Positions 27,396 through 41,355 of a DNA stretch of 64,000 bases are shown piece by piece. This DNA comes from Ardenticatenia bacterium. GTDB taxonomy: Bacteria > Chloroflexota > Anaerolineae > 4572-78 > NAK82. Numbering within the stretch: position 1 is the first letter of the stretch; the number at the start of each line of letters is the position of its first letter. A program made the position numbers and the translations under genes. The notes under the pieces are model-generated. The model was not told where the DNA came from and did not search any database. It was given only the letters and a program-made list of their open reading frames with translations. The stretch covers positions 18,338 through 82,337 of the forward strand of contig QEXY01000143.1 of NCBI GenBank assembly GCA_003130875.1. The letters run 5' to 3'.

Positions 27396-28379
27396 ATGAC
27401 ACAGCGAAATTGGAATATCGGGCGCTCCTTGCCAACGATAGTGGGAATCGTACTTGTGGCAGCGATGATCGGCGGTCTCTTTGCGGTCGGCCCGGCTGCG
27501 GCTATGCAGGCAGGCACCGTGGTACGCGTCCAGCCGGGCACCCAACAAATAGGCATTGGGCAGACCGCCACAGTCGAGATCCGCATTGAGAACGCTTCTG
27601 GGCTGTATGCCGCCGATATCGAGCTCCGTTTCAACCCGGCTGCCTTACAGGTACAAGATGCCGATCCTGGCCGCGACGGGGTTCAGATTCAACCGGGCAA
27701 CTTTCCTTCCCCTGATTTCGTCGCGCTGAACTCTGCTGACAATGCGACGGGGGTCATCCGTTATGCTCTGACTCAGTTGCCGCCGAAAGCCCCGGTCAAC
27801 GGCAGCGGGTTGCTGGCCACGGTGGTCTTCCGCGGCCAGGCAGCAGGTACTGTCGATCTCACGTTCAGCCTGGTCAATCTGGCCAATGCCCAGGGTCAAC
27901 AGCTACCTGCCTCTTCGCAGGGTGGTAACATCATCGTGGGCGGTGGTGGTCCGCCTCCGGCGACCCCAACGCCGCCTCCGGTGACCATGACACCGCCGCC
28001 TCCGGTGACCATGACACCCCCACCGCCGGTGACCGTGACACCGCCACCCACACCGACACGCTACGTCGTGCAACGGGGCGATACATTGTACTCGATTGCA
28101 CGTCGCTTTGGGGTGAGCATCTGGCAGTTGGCATCGCTGAACAACATTCCCAATATCAATTTGATCTACGTGGGCCAGGTGCTTATCATCCCGACACCCG
28201 GACCCACACCCCCTGGACCCGGCCCGGCACCCAGCCAGTATGTTGTCCAGTATGGTGATACTTTGTTCTCCATCGCACGCCGCTTTGGGGTGAATGTCTG
28301 GCAATTGGCGGCATATAACAATATTCCCAACCCTAACTATATCCGAGCCGGTCAGGTCTTGTTGATCCCGCCCCGTTGA
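27396..28379 (+). CDS. cohesin-module protein with two C-terminal LysM domains
   Basis: RBS AGGAGG and signal-anchor [22 protein letters not shown]. Cohesin-like segment: VRVQPG...[32 protein letters not shown]...[18 protein letters not shown] linker, then 2x LysM ([18 protein letters not shown]...). Confidence 0.8.
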   Translation: MTQRNWNIGRSLPTIVGIVLVAAMIGGLFAVGPAAAMQAGTVVRVQPGTQQIGIGQTATVEIRIENASGLYAADIELRFNPAALQVQDADPGRDGVQIQPGNFPSPDFVALNSADNATGVIRYALTQLPPKAPVNGSGLLATVVFRGQAAGTVDLTFSLVNLANAQGQQLPASSQGGNIIVGGGGPPPATPTPPPVTMTPPPPVTMTPPPPVTVTPPPTPTRYVVQRGDTLYSIARRFGVSIWQLASLNNIPNINLIYVGQVLIIPTPGPTPPGPGPAPSQYVVQYGDTLFSIARRFGVNVWQLAAYNNIPNPNYIRAGQVLLIPPR

Positions 28380-28425
28380 CAATATCGCTCTGGGAACACC
28401 GAAACCCCGACCAGCGTAGCATCCA

Positions 28426-28470
28426 CCGAGGTCCTATCCGTGACAGTACGGATGGGACCTCGGTGTTTTT
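28426..28470 (+). terminator. rho-independent terminator-like hairpin
   Basis: CCGAGGTCCTATCCGT-loop-ACGGATGGGACCTCGG followed by TGTTTTT, 47 nt after the stop of the cohesin-LysM gene. Confidence 0.65.
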
Positions 28471-28774
28471 GAGGGGTAATCTTCAGAACTGCCATAGTTG
28501 AGATCGAGCCCTTTCTACCTCTACAATGAAGATGTGAGAGAGGCACGCTCTTGGTGTGGTGCCTTCTCGGCAAAGAAAATCGTTCTGCCCAGGTGATCAT
28601 TGCGATGGAGGCATTGATATGGCACAATTACCTTTCCCATCCGGCATAGTGACTTTGCGCGCTTGGAATGTTGGCTATAATTAGCTCAATCTGTGTAGGG
28701 TTGTATGGCTCTGTACGTTAACTACACATTTGTGGTTCAGCTCGAGTTTCGTTATCTCGATCGGGAAAGGTGCT

Positions 28775-29440
28775 ATGACCTTCGTGCGACATCGGAGCTA
28801 CTTGCGTTGTGGATTGGCGATTGTTCTATTGTGCTTCGCTCTTGACTTGGCGGGCTGCGGGGTTGCTGGACAAGCCACGGTCGAAACTCCTCTTGAAGGT
28901 GAAACTTCCATCTCTACGATCAGTTTGTCCCAAGAGGGTGATTCGCCGCTGAGTACCCCGATGGCAGCATCCACGTCGAGTGACACGGACGCGGCTTCAC
29001 TCGCACAAAGGGGTGAGAAGCCAATTGAGCGCGTGCAGTCTTCCAGCATTGCCACGCTGCGCCTGGTGCGCGCGCCGGACGACAGGGCGTTTATGGTGCG
29101 GGTGGACGATGTGCGGGATTTATATGCGGTGGATATGACCATCCGATTTGATCCCACAAAATGGCAGGTCGCGGATGCCGATGGGCAGCAAAGCGGGGTC
29201 CAGGTCAAACCGGGAGAGGCACCCCGCCCTGATTTTGTGGCCGTGAACGATGTAGATAATGCGAAAGGGGTCATTCGCTATATTGCTACTCAACTGGGCG
29301 ATGCCGCTGCATTCAGTGGCAGTGGAACTATTGCCACAATCTTGGGGCAAGCGGCTGTCACTTCAGACGCCGACGTCTCAATTGAGACGGTGACGTTGGT
29401 GAACAAAAATGCCCAGGCGATCGAAGTGGTGGTGCGTTAA
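28775..29440 (+). CDS. cohesin-module lipoprotein
   Basis: Lipobox LDLAGCG. Cohesin-like segment: VRVDDVRDLYAVDMTIRFDPTKWQV...PDFVAVNDVDNAKGVIRYIATQL. Confidence 0.75.
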   Translation: MTFVRHRSYLRCGLAIVLLCFALDLAGCGVAGQATVETPLEGETSISTISLSQEGDSPLSTPMAASTSSDTDAASLAQRGEKPIERVQSSSIATLRLVRAPDDRAFMVRVDDVRDLYAVDMTIRFDPTKWQVADADGQQSGVQVKPGEAPRPDFVAVNDVDNAKGVIRYIATQLGDAAAFSGSGTIATILGQAAVTSDADVSIETVTLVNKNAQAIEVVVR

Positions 29441-29533
29441 TGCTGTTAAGTTGAACAAGGGCGTTAGGTCACGATGATCTGTGCGGGGCTGAGTCTCAGA
29501 GATAGGGTGAGTAGGATGTTCTGTCGCACGATT

Positions 29534-30466
29534 ATGAAGCTCTCAGTGATCGTCTTGGCGCTGTTTGTTGCTCTGATCCCTATCCTGAGTGTGCATGCTC
29601 AGGGGCAGGCGCGCGTATATCTGCAGCCTGTCCTCCTACAAGACGAAAGGCGGATGCTCGTGAATCTTATGGCGGCCGACGTCATAGATCTGTACGGCGT
29701 CGATGTGCAGCTGCGCTATGATCCAGGTCAACTCCAAGTAGAGGACGCTAATCCACGTTTAGAGGGCATTCAAGTTGCCCCAGGGCCCTTGTTAGCTGCT
29801 GATGAACGTTTTGTTGTGACCAACAAGGTAGATGCCACAGCCGGGTTGATCACCTTCGTAGCCACGTTGCTCAACCCAGCGCCACCTGTCAGTGGACAAG
29901 GAGTGCTGGCGACCATTGCATTCCGCGTTCTGGGCAATGGCCCCTATTCCGTGAGGGTCGTGCGGGCTCAGCTGGTTTCCTCAAATTTGACCACCATCCC
30001 AGTGATAAGTGAAAACCTGGAATTGGCTGCACCCCTGGATGTCAGCTTGTCAGAGGGACAAGCTCCCGCCCTTTGGAGCTGGTGGCTTCTCGGGGTTGGG
30101 GGAGTGTTGCTGATGCTCATTGCCTTTTCGGTTGCGTATCAGAGGCGTCGCGCAGCCGCTCTGCAGGGTGCGGTGGTCGTGCATAATAACAGCATATCGA
30201 CTGCAGAACAAAGTGCCAGTGAGGTGGCTGCCACGCTGACTGAACAGGGACGTCGGGCAATGCAACAGGGCAATCTGGAGCTTGCCCACGAGCTGTTCAG
30301 CCGCGCGGTGGAGCGGGATCCCGCTAATAGCGAGGCCTGGCTGGGAAAAGGATTAGTTGCTCGCCAAATCGGCGAAAAGCGCATCTGTTTTCAGCGTGTG
30401 CTGGCGCTTGATCCGAATAATCCGGTTGCTCAGGCCGAATTGCAGCAACTCGAAAGGGCCAACTGA
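29534..30466 (+). CDS. cohesin-module protein with TM helix and C-terminal TPR region
   Basis: Signal peptide MKLSVIVLALFVALIPILSVHA. Cohesin-like segment LMAADVIDLYGVDVQLRYDPGQLQV...GLITFVATLL. TM helix WWLLGVGGVLLMLIAFSVAY. TPR-like C-terminus (GNLELAHELFSRAVERDPANSEAWLGKG). Confidence 0.75.
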   Translation: MKLSVIVLALFVALIPILSVHAQGQARVYLQPVLLQDERRMLVNLMAADVIDLYGVDVQLRYDPGQLQVEDANPRLEGIQVAPGPLLAADERFVVTNKVDATAGLITFVATLLNPAPPVSGQGVLATIAFRVLGNGPYSVRVVRAQLVSSNLTTIPVISENLELAAPLDVSLSEGQAPALWSWWLLGVGGVLLMLIAFSVAYQRRRAAALQGAVVVHNNSISTAEQSASEVAATLTEQGRRAMQQGNLELAHELFSRAVERDPANSEAWLGKGLVARQIGEKRICFQRVLALDPNNPVAQAELQQLERAN

Positions 30467-32236
30467 ATGCATTCCATATATCACGGCTGTCGCATAGGTT
30501 CTCGACCGTGGTCGTGGCTGGGCCTGTTTATCCTCCTGGCCTCTATGGTATCGCCTTGCCTGGCCCAATGGGAAGAGGGCATATCACAATCGATGCGGGT
30601 GGTTGTGGTGCTGCGGCCCCCTTTCCCTTTGGAGCGTGCCGACATCGCCGCACAGGCAGAGGTGGTGGCCCAGGCGCAAGATATGGTGTTGGCCAGCATC
30701 CCCAGCGCTGATTTTCAGCCGCTCCATCGCTATTCGGTTGTGCCAGGTCTAGCCGGTACGGTGACCCCGCAGGGCTGGCAAGCGCTGCTCAGCAACCCAT
30801 TGGTGCAAGCCGTCGCATTTGATCTCCCGGTACAAGCGACATTAGGTGAAAGTGTCTCCGTGATCCGTGCCGATCGTGTTTGGAATGAGTTTAGGTTCAC
30901 TGGTGCTGGCGTCAACGTCGCCGTGCTCGACAGCGGATATGATCCCAACCATCCGGATCTCAATGACAGCATCGTGGCACAGCATTGCTTTAACCATAGC
31001 ACCTGCCCACCGACGAACACCAACGAGGGCGACAGCGCCAAAGACGAGAATGGACACGGCACGCATGTCACTGGCATTATCACTGGGCGCGGGATCGTCG
31101 CGCCGCGTGGCATCGCACCGGATGCCAGTATCGTGGCCGTTCGTGTGCTCAACAGTGCCGGTAGCGGTTGGACTTCGGATGTAGTGGCAGGTATCGACTG
31201 GGTAGTCGCCAATCAGGCACGTCTGAATGTGCGCATTATGAATCTCAGCCTGGGGGGAGGGGCCTATTCTGGCATATGCGACGCGGCGGATGCCAATAGC
31301 ATGCTATATGCCTCTGCAGTACAGGCAGCACAACGTGCGGGTATCATTGTATTTGCAGCGGCAGGTAACGGTGCCATGCTCGATAAGATGATGACACCGG
31401 CATGTATTTCCAGTGTGATAGCCGTCGGTAGTACCTATGACGCCAACTTGGGAGCATATACATGGGGTGGCGCAAACCCTATTTGCACCGATTCCAGCAC
31501 GGTAGTGGATCAGATTGCTTGCACGAGCAACAGCAGCTCCGCTTTGGACCTATTGGCACCAGGAGCGGTGATCACCTCGGCCGGGCTAGGAGGCGGGGTG
31601 AGCAGCCGTTCTGGGACTTCCATGGCTACACCGCACGCTTCTGCTGTGGCTGCTTTATTGCTGCAGGCACAGCCAGGGCTTTCAGCCGGGCAAATCGAGA
31701 GCATTCTCAAGGAAACGGGTGTGCCCATCACCGACTGGAGGAATGGCCGTGTCACGCCGCGCGTGGATGCCTACGCGGCGGTACAGCGGGTCACAGGCGG
31801 AGCGGGACCTGGAACGCCTATCGGTGGCACCGTGCTCTTGCAGAGTCGGAACACACACGATGGCATCGCGATCTACGTAAGTGGCCAACCATGCACTGCA
31901 TCTCTTTCAGGGGATCAAGTCACCACCACTGATGCCTCTGGCCGCTTTCAACTGCCGCCGGGACAGGCTGCCCAATGTCTGTGGGCAGTGCGGCCTGGAT
32001 TCTTGAGCGCACAAAGGACAGCACCATCCGGTTCGCTCGGCACGATAACGCTGCTTGCTGGAGACGTGAACCGTGATAACCTGATCAACATCTTCGATAT
32101 CGCTGCCGTGGCCGGGAATTACGGAGGCAACACCCCCCTGGTCGATTTCAATGGAGACCAGATGGTCGATATTTTCGATCTGGTCATTGCAGCGGTTAAC
32201 TACGGGAAACGCGGCCCACTGACCGACTGGCATTAA
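30467..32236 (+). CDS. subtilisin-family (S8) serine protease with C-terminal dockerin
   Basis: Asp (VAVLDSGYD), His (HGTHVTG) and Ser (GTSMATPH) triad motifs. The start abuts the stop of the preceding cohesin gene. Confidence 0.88.
   Translation: MHSIYHGCRIGSRPWSWLGLFILLASMVSPCLAQWEEGISQSMRVVVVLRPPFPLERADIAAQAEVVAQAQDMVLASIPSADFQPLHRYSVVPGLAGTVTPQGWQALLSNPLVQAVAFDLPVQATLGESVSVIRADRVWNEFRFTGAGVNVAVLDSGYDPNHPDLNDSIVAQHCFNHSTCPPTNTNEGDSAKDENGHGTHVTGIITGRGIVAPRGIAPDASIVAVRVLNSAGSGWTSDVVAGIDWVVANQARLNVRIMNLSLGGGAYSGICDAADANSMLYASAVQAAQRAGIIVFAAAGNGAMLDKMMTPACISSVIAVGSTYDANLGAYTWGGANPICTDSSTVVDQIACTSNSSSALDLLAPGAVITSAGLGGGVSSRSGTSMATPHASAVAALLLQAQPGLSAGQIESILKETGVPITDWRNGRVTPRVDAYAAVQRVTGGAGPGTPIGGTVLLQSRNTHDGIAIYVSGQPCTASLSGDQVTTTDASGRFQLPPGQAAQCLWAVRPGFLSAQRTAPSGSLGTITLLAGDVNRDNLINIFDIAAVAGNYGGNTPLVDFNGDQMVDIFDLVIAAVNYGKRGPLTDWH
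32060..32209 (+). other. dockerin module (two EF-hand-like segments) of the S8 protease
   Basis: GDVNRDNLINIFDIAAVAGNYG...VDFNGDQMVDIFDLVIAAVNYG, the duplicated D-x-N/D-x-D...D calcium-loop plus helix pattern of type I dockerins. Confidence 0.75.
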
Positions 32237-32390
32237 AACAGGTCGCCAGCAATCACCTCTGGAGGTGACTCGCTCGGTATCCTGGTGTGGGAATCGCTGA
32301 TGCACGCATTTCTGCCCGTTTCGGATGCCCCCTGTGCCCCTTGGAATCCCCTTTCCGGTCCGAGATCCGACGAGGCTTCGAATACCCCTT

Positions 32391-32419
32391 TTGACTCACA
32401 TCTACGGGCATCCTATAAT
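32391..32419 (+). promoter_or_regulatory. near-consensus sigma70-type promoter (TTGACT-17-TATAAT) for the rpiB-deoC operon
   Basis: TTGACT at 32391-32396 and TATAAT at 32414-32419, 65 nt upstream of the rpiB ATG. Confidence 0.55.
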
Positions 32420-32483
32420 CCGTCCTAGGTTCGCGTCACTTTGATCCAGCGTCAGTTTCTCGCGCGCTTGAGGCACTTGCACG

Positions 32484-32561
32484 ATGAAACCTCGTGAAAC
32501 AGAGATTAGAGAATTAGTGCGCCACGTGCTCCATCGCGTGCTGCGCGAGACCCAGCGCGGT
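32484..32561 (+). other. putative BMC encapsulation-peptide-like helix on RpiB
   Basis: [26 protein letters not shown] has an amphipathic i/i+3/i+4 hydrophobic pattern resembling Pdu/Eut N-terminal targeting helices. Confidence 0.5.
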
Positions 32562-33191
32562 GAACATAGGCTGCTGACCAGCCAAGAGATCGAGCAATTG
32601 GAACCGGGGAGCAAAATCCAGATCGAACCAGGCACCATCGTCACCCCTATGGCACGCGAAATTGCGTTAGCGCGCAAAATTCTGATCGAGGAGATCTCTG
32701 CTAAAAGCGGTCAAGCGACTCCTGCACCTGCGACAGGCAAGGTGGTGGCTTTGGGGGCCGATCACGGAGGCTATGAGCTCAAAGAGCTGTTGAAACCTTT
32801 TCTCATCGAGCTGGGCTATGAAGTGTTGGACGTCGGCACGCACAGCAAGGAAGCGGTGGATTATCCTGACTTTGCTTATGCGGTCGCCCGGCATGTGGCC
32901 AGCGGAGCTGCCTTTCGTGGCATCATCATCGATGGTGCAGGTATTGGCTCGTGTATGGTTGCCAACAAGGTGCCAGGGATACGGGCAGCAATGTGCTATG
33001 ACCAGATGTCTGCTGTTAACAGCCGTGCGCACAACGATGCAAATGTGCTCACTCTGGGTGCCGGTTTGTTGGGCCCCAATCTGGCAAAGCAGATTGTCAA
33101 GACCTGGTTGAGCACCAATTTCGAGGGAGGTCGTCATCAACCGCGTATTGACAAGATGATGGCTATCGAGGCACGATATCTCAAGAGATAA
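32484..33191 (+). CDS. rpiB: ribose-5-phosphate isomerase B (RpiB/LacAB family) with ~90-aa N-terminal extension
   Basis: The core [14 protein letters not shown]...[15 protein letters not shown]...[12 protein letters not shown] is canonical RpiB. The N-terminus carries an amphipathic helix [18 protein letters not shown] plus a second conserved-looking segment. Confidence 0.88.
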   Translation: MKPRETEIRELVRHVLHRVLRETQRGEHRLLTSQEIEQLEPGSKIQIEPGTIVTPMAREIALARKILIEEISAKSGQATPAPATGKVVALGADHGGYELKELLKPFLIELGYEVLDVGTHSKEAVDYPDFAYAVARHVASGAAFRGIIIDGAGIGSCMVANKVPGIRAAMCYDQMSAVNSRAHNDANVLTLGAGLLGPNLAKQIVKTWLSTNFEGGRHQPRIDKMMAIEARYLKR

Positions 33192-33211
33192 GAAGAGGGA
33201 TCCTAGAGGGT

Positions 33212-34123
33212 ATGGTGTCGACATCAAGAAGTAATATGCAACTAGATTCCAAGACAATTGATTCATTGGTTGAAGAGATAACCAGACAGGTACTGACGGT
33301 TTTGAAGGAGCAGAGCAGTCGGTCAGATGTCTTTCAGCAAGCAACGGACACCATGTCCTCTTGCAGTCGATGCGAGGAGAGAGGTGCGCAACACCTGCCT
33401 AAGACGATTCGAGATGACACAGGGCGCCCAGGTGTCCTATCGGATGCACGAATAACGGCCCAGGAACTCGCCCGCTATATCGACCACACGTTGCTCAAGC
33501 CGGACGCTACTTACGCTCAAATTTCTCAGCTGTGCGAGGAAGCGCGCCAGTACGGTTTTGTCACGGTGTGCGTCAACCCTGTCCATGTGCGATTGTGTGC
33601 CCAGCTACTGCGCGGGTCGGGGGTCGGGATCTGTTCTGTGGTAGGATTTCCACTTGGGGCAACACCCACCAATGTCAAGTGTTATGAGACACAACAGGCG
33701 ATCAGCGATGGCGCCACTGAGATCGATATGGTGATCAACATCGGTGCACTCAAAAGCAAAGATTACGACTCGGTCAGAGAAGATATCGCGGCTGTGGTAC
33801 GTACCTGTCATAACCATGGGGCCATTTGCAAGGTGATTATCGAAGCGGCATTGTTGACCGATGATGAAAAGATCAAGGCGTGTCAGCTGGCTAAGGAAGC
33901 GGGCGCCGACTACGTCAAAACATCCACCGGGTTTGGACCTGGTGGCGCAACCTTGCATGACGTGATGCTGATGCGCCAGGCGGTGGGACCGGACATGGGG
34001 ATCAAAGCGGCCGGTGGGATCAGAACCTACCAGGATACCGTGGCGATGATCAAAGCCGGTGCCACCCGCATCGGCGCTAGCGCCAGCCTCAAAATTATGG
34101 AAGGCGCGCGTTCAGCATCCTGA
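33212..34123 (+). CDS. deoC: deoxyribose-phosphate aldolase with ~85-aa N-terminal extension
   Basis: Core [12 protein letters not shown]...VCV...[11 protein letters not shown]...DYVKTSTGF (Schiff-base Lys)...GIKAAGGIR. The N-terminal extension contains [19 protein letters not shown]. Confidence 0.88.
   Translation: MVSTSRSNMQLDSKTIDSLVEEITRQVLTVLKEQSSRSDVFQQATDTMSSCSRCEERGAQHLPKTIRDDTGRPGVLSDARITAQELARYIDHTLLKPDATYAQISQLCEEARQYGFVTVCVNPVHVRLCAQLLRGSGVGICSVVGFPLGATPTNVKCYETQQAISDGATEIDMVINIGALKSKDYDSVREDIAAVVRTCHNHGAICKVIIEAALLTDDEKIKACQLAKEAGADYVKTSTGFGPGGATLHDVMLMRQAVGPDMGIKAAGGIRTYQDTVAMIKAGATRIGASASLKIMEGARSAS
33236..33313 (+). other. putative BMC encapsulation-peptide-like helix on DeoC
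   Basis: [26 protein letters not shown] is an amphipathic helix, followed by a low-complexity linker before the aldolase core. Confidence 0.5.
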
Positions 34124-34143
34124 GGCGGTAAAGGGGGCGGCCT

Positions 34144-34824
34144 GTGAGCCGCATTGCGTCCTATATTGATCACACTTTGGTACGCGCCGATGCCACACCC
34201 GAGCAAATCGCTCGTCTGTGCCGAGAGGCATGCGAGCATCGCTTTGCTGCTGTGGCGGTCAACGAAGTCCATGTCCATCTCGCTGGTCGTCTGCTCCGCG
34301 GCACAGGGATCTCCGTGGCGTGTGCTATAGGTTTTCCTCTAGGTGGGACGAGCACCTGGGTGAAGTGGTACGAGGCACGCAGCGCACTGCGCGGGGGCGC
34401 CAATGAGCTGGATGTGATGATCTACTTGGGCGCTCTCAAGGATGGTCGCTATGACTTGGTAGAGCATGACCTGAGCGCTATCGTGCGGCTCTGCCGCGAT
34501 TATGGTGCGCGGTGCAAGGCCATCTTGGAATGTGCTCTGCTGACCGAGGACGAAAAAGTGCGCGCGTGTCAGCTGGCAGTTGCCGCGGGGGTGGACTTCG
34601 TAAAAACGTCAACAGGCTATGGCCCGAGCGGCGCAACAGTGCACGATGTGACCCTGCTACGTCGTTTGGCTCCACCTACTGTAGGTGTCAAGGCAGCGGG
34701 TGGCATTCGCACTTATGCGGATGCAATCGCCATGATAGAAGCCGGTGCAACACGTCTCGGAGTCAGTGCCCAAGCCAGTCTGCAAATTTTGAGCGAAGAG
34801 CGCTTGCTCTTGGAAAACCCATAG
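34144..34824 (+). CDS. deoC: deoxyribose-phosphate aldolase (second paralog, no extension)
   Basis: GTG start after the RBS AAAGGGGG. YIDHTLVRADAT...ANELDVMIYLG...DFVKTSTGY...GVKAAGGIR. Confidence 0.85.
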   Translation: MSRIASYIDHTLVRADATPEQIARLCREACEHRFAAVAVNEVHVHLAGRLLRGTGISVACAIGFPLGGTSTWVKWYEARSALRGGANELDVMIYLGALKDGRYDLVEHDLSAIVRLCRDYGARCKAILECALLTEDEKVRACQLAVAAGVDFVKTSTGYGPSGATVHDVTLLRRLAPPTVGVKAAGGIRTYADAIAMIEAGATRLGVSAQASLQILSEERLLLENP

Positions 34825-34827
34825 CAG

Positions 34828-34915
34828 AGGGTGTTGAAAAAGTCCCTTGACCGCTCAGATTTTCATAGGAAAATGGGCCAATAAAGCGGGTAACTAAAGA
34901 GTTTTTCAACACTCT
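34828..34915. repeat. MITE-like element, copy 2, with 8-bp target-site duplication CATAGCAG
   Basis: TIRs AGGGTGTTGAAAAA / TTTTTCAACACTCT. CATAGCAG is present at 34820-34827 and 34916-34923. The left duplicate contains the deoC2 stop codon. Confidence 0.85.
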
Positions 34916-34950
34916 CATAGCAGTGGATGTGAAACGGATGAGGTTTTGCG

Positions 34951-35226
34951 ATGTACATCGGACGCGTGCGGGGAAGTGTGATGAGTACAATTAAATTGGA
35001 GATCTATGAAGGGTGTCGTTTGCTCGTGATCGATCAGCTGGATTTAGACGGCAATCCGACCGGCGAGTACGATATCTGCGTCGATGTCGCCCAGGCTGGT
35101 CCGGGCGATATTGTATTCGTGATCGACGAGGGCAATTCGGGGCGTCAGATCCTCGGTCGTGAGCCGGACGGCGCGGTGCGAGCTGTGCTGGCCGGCGTTG
35201 TGGATGAGATCGAATGGCACGCATAA
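34951..35226 (+). CDS. bacterial microcompartment vertex (pentamer) protein, EutN/CcmL/PduN family
   Basis: 91 aa. The pattern MYIGRVRGSVMSTIK...GCRLLVIDQLDLDGNPTG...VDVAQAGPGDIVFV...AVLAGVVDEIE aligns motif-for-motif with EutN (G.V..T.K...KLL.V..D..G.P.G...A.D..GAG.G..V...GIVD). Confidence 0.85.
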   Translation: MYIGRVRGSVMSTIKLEIYEGCRLLVIDQLDLDGNPTGEYDICVDVAQAGPGDIVFVIDEGNSGRQILGREPDGAVRAVLAGVVDEIEWHA

Positions 35227-35260
35227 CCGCGCTAATGTTTGACGTGAGAGGTGATGGGAA

Positions 35261-40573
<5,313 letters not shown>

Positions 40574-40709
40574 CATTACACTGTTTCCACAATCGAATGG
40601 GGTCACTGGCCTCAAAAGTGTCTTGGGCGTTGTTTCTGGGCATGGCATAAAGTACAAAGGCGGACTGTCCGCAGGTAGGGATATCGACTACCGGGTGAGT
40701 GATTAGGCA

Positions 40710-41306
40710 ATGATAGACCATCCAGGCAGTGAAGCGTTTCGACGTATTTTGGATCCTGCCGATAACGCTACCGGTGGAGGCGCAGCTGCCGCTATTGCCG
40801 GAGCGATGGCTGCTGCATTGCTGGCGATGGTAGCACGCCTCTCGGTTGGTAAGGGACTACCCAAACCCGATACATTCTATACGGCGGTGGCGGCTGAGGC
40901 GGAAACGATCTCGCGACAGCTGCTAGCCGGCGCGGATGATGATGCCCAGGCGTTTGATGCCGTGCGCGCCGCTTACCAATTACCTAGGTCAAGCGAGGCA
41001 CAACGCCAGGAACGTTCCAGGGCCATCCAGTCCGCGCTGGTGCACGCCACTTATGTGCCCCTCACGAATGCCGAACATTGTCAGCGGGTGTTGCAGCTGT
41101 GCCGCATGGTACAGGATCACTGTAACCCCAATGTGATCTCCGACCTGGAGTGTGCTGGGCTGCTGGCATATGCAGGGCAGCAAGGATGCTTGTCCAATGT
41201 GGAAACCAACTTGCGCGCGATTAAAGACACCGAAACGCGCGCCAAGCTTGCCCGTCGTGCAGAGTGCCTACGTGAGGGTATTCCTGTGTCTGACATATCG
41301 CTTTAG
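40710..41306 (+). CDS. formiminotetrahydrofolate cyclodeaminase-family protein
   Basis: 198 aa. The GGGAAAAIAGAMAAALLAMVARLS helix bundle is typical of the cyclodeaminase/cyclohydrolase (FTCD C-terminal) family. Confidence 0.8.
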   Translation: MIDHPGSEAFRRILDPADNATGGGAAAAIAGAMAAALLAMVARLSVGKGLPKPDTFYTAVAAEAETISRQLLAGADDDAQAFDAVRAAYQLPRSSEAQRQERSRAIQSALVHATYVPLTNAEHCQRVLQLCRMVQDHCNPNVISDLECAGLLAYAGQQGCLSNVETNLRAIKDTETRAKLARRAECLREGIPVSDISL

Positions 41307-41355
41307 TAGGAGAGTGTACGTCCAGGACAACATTATAGGTTTATGAGGTGCCTTT

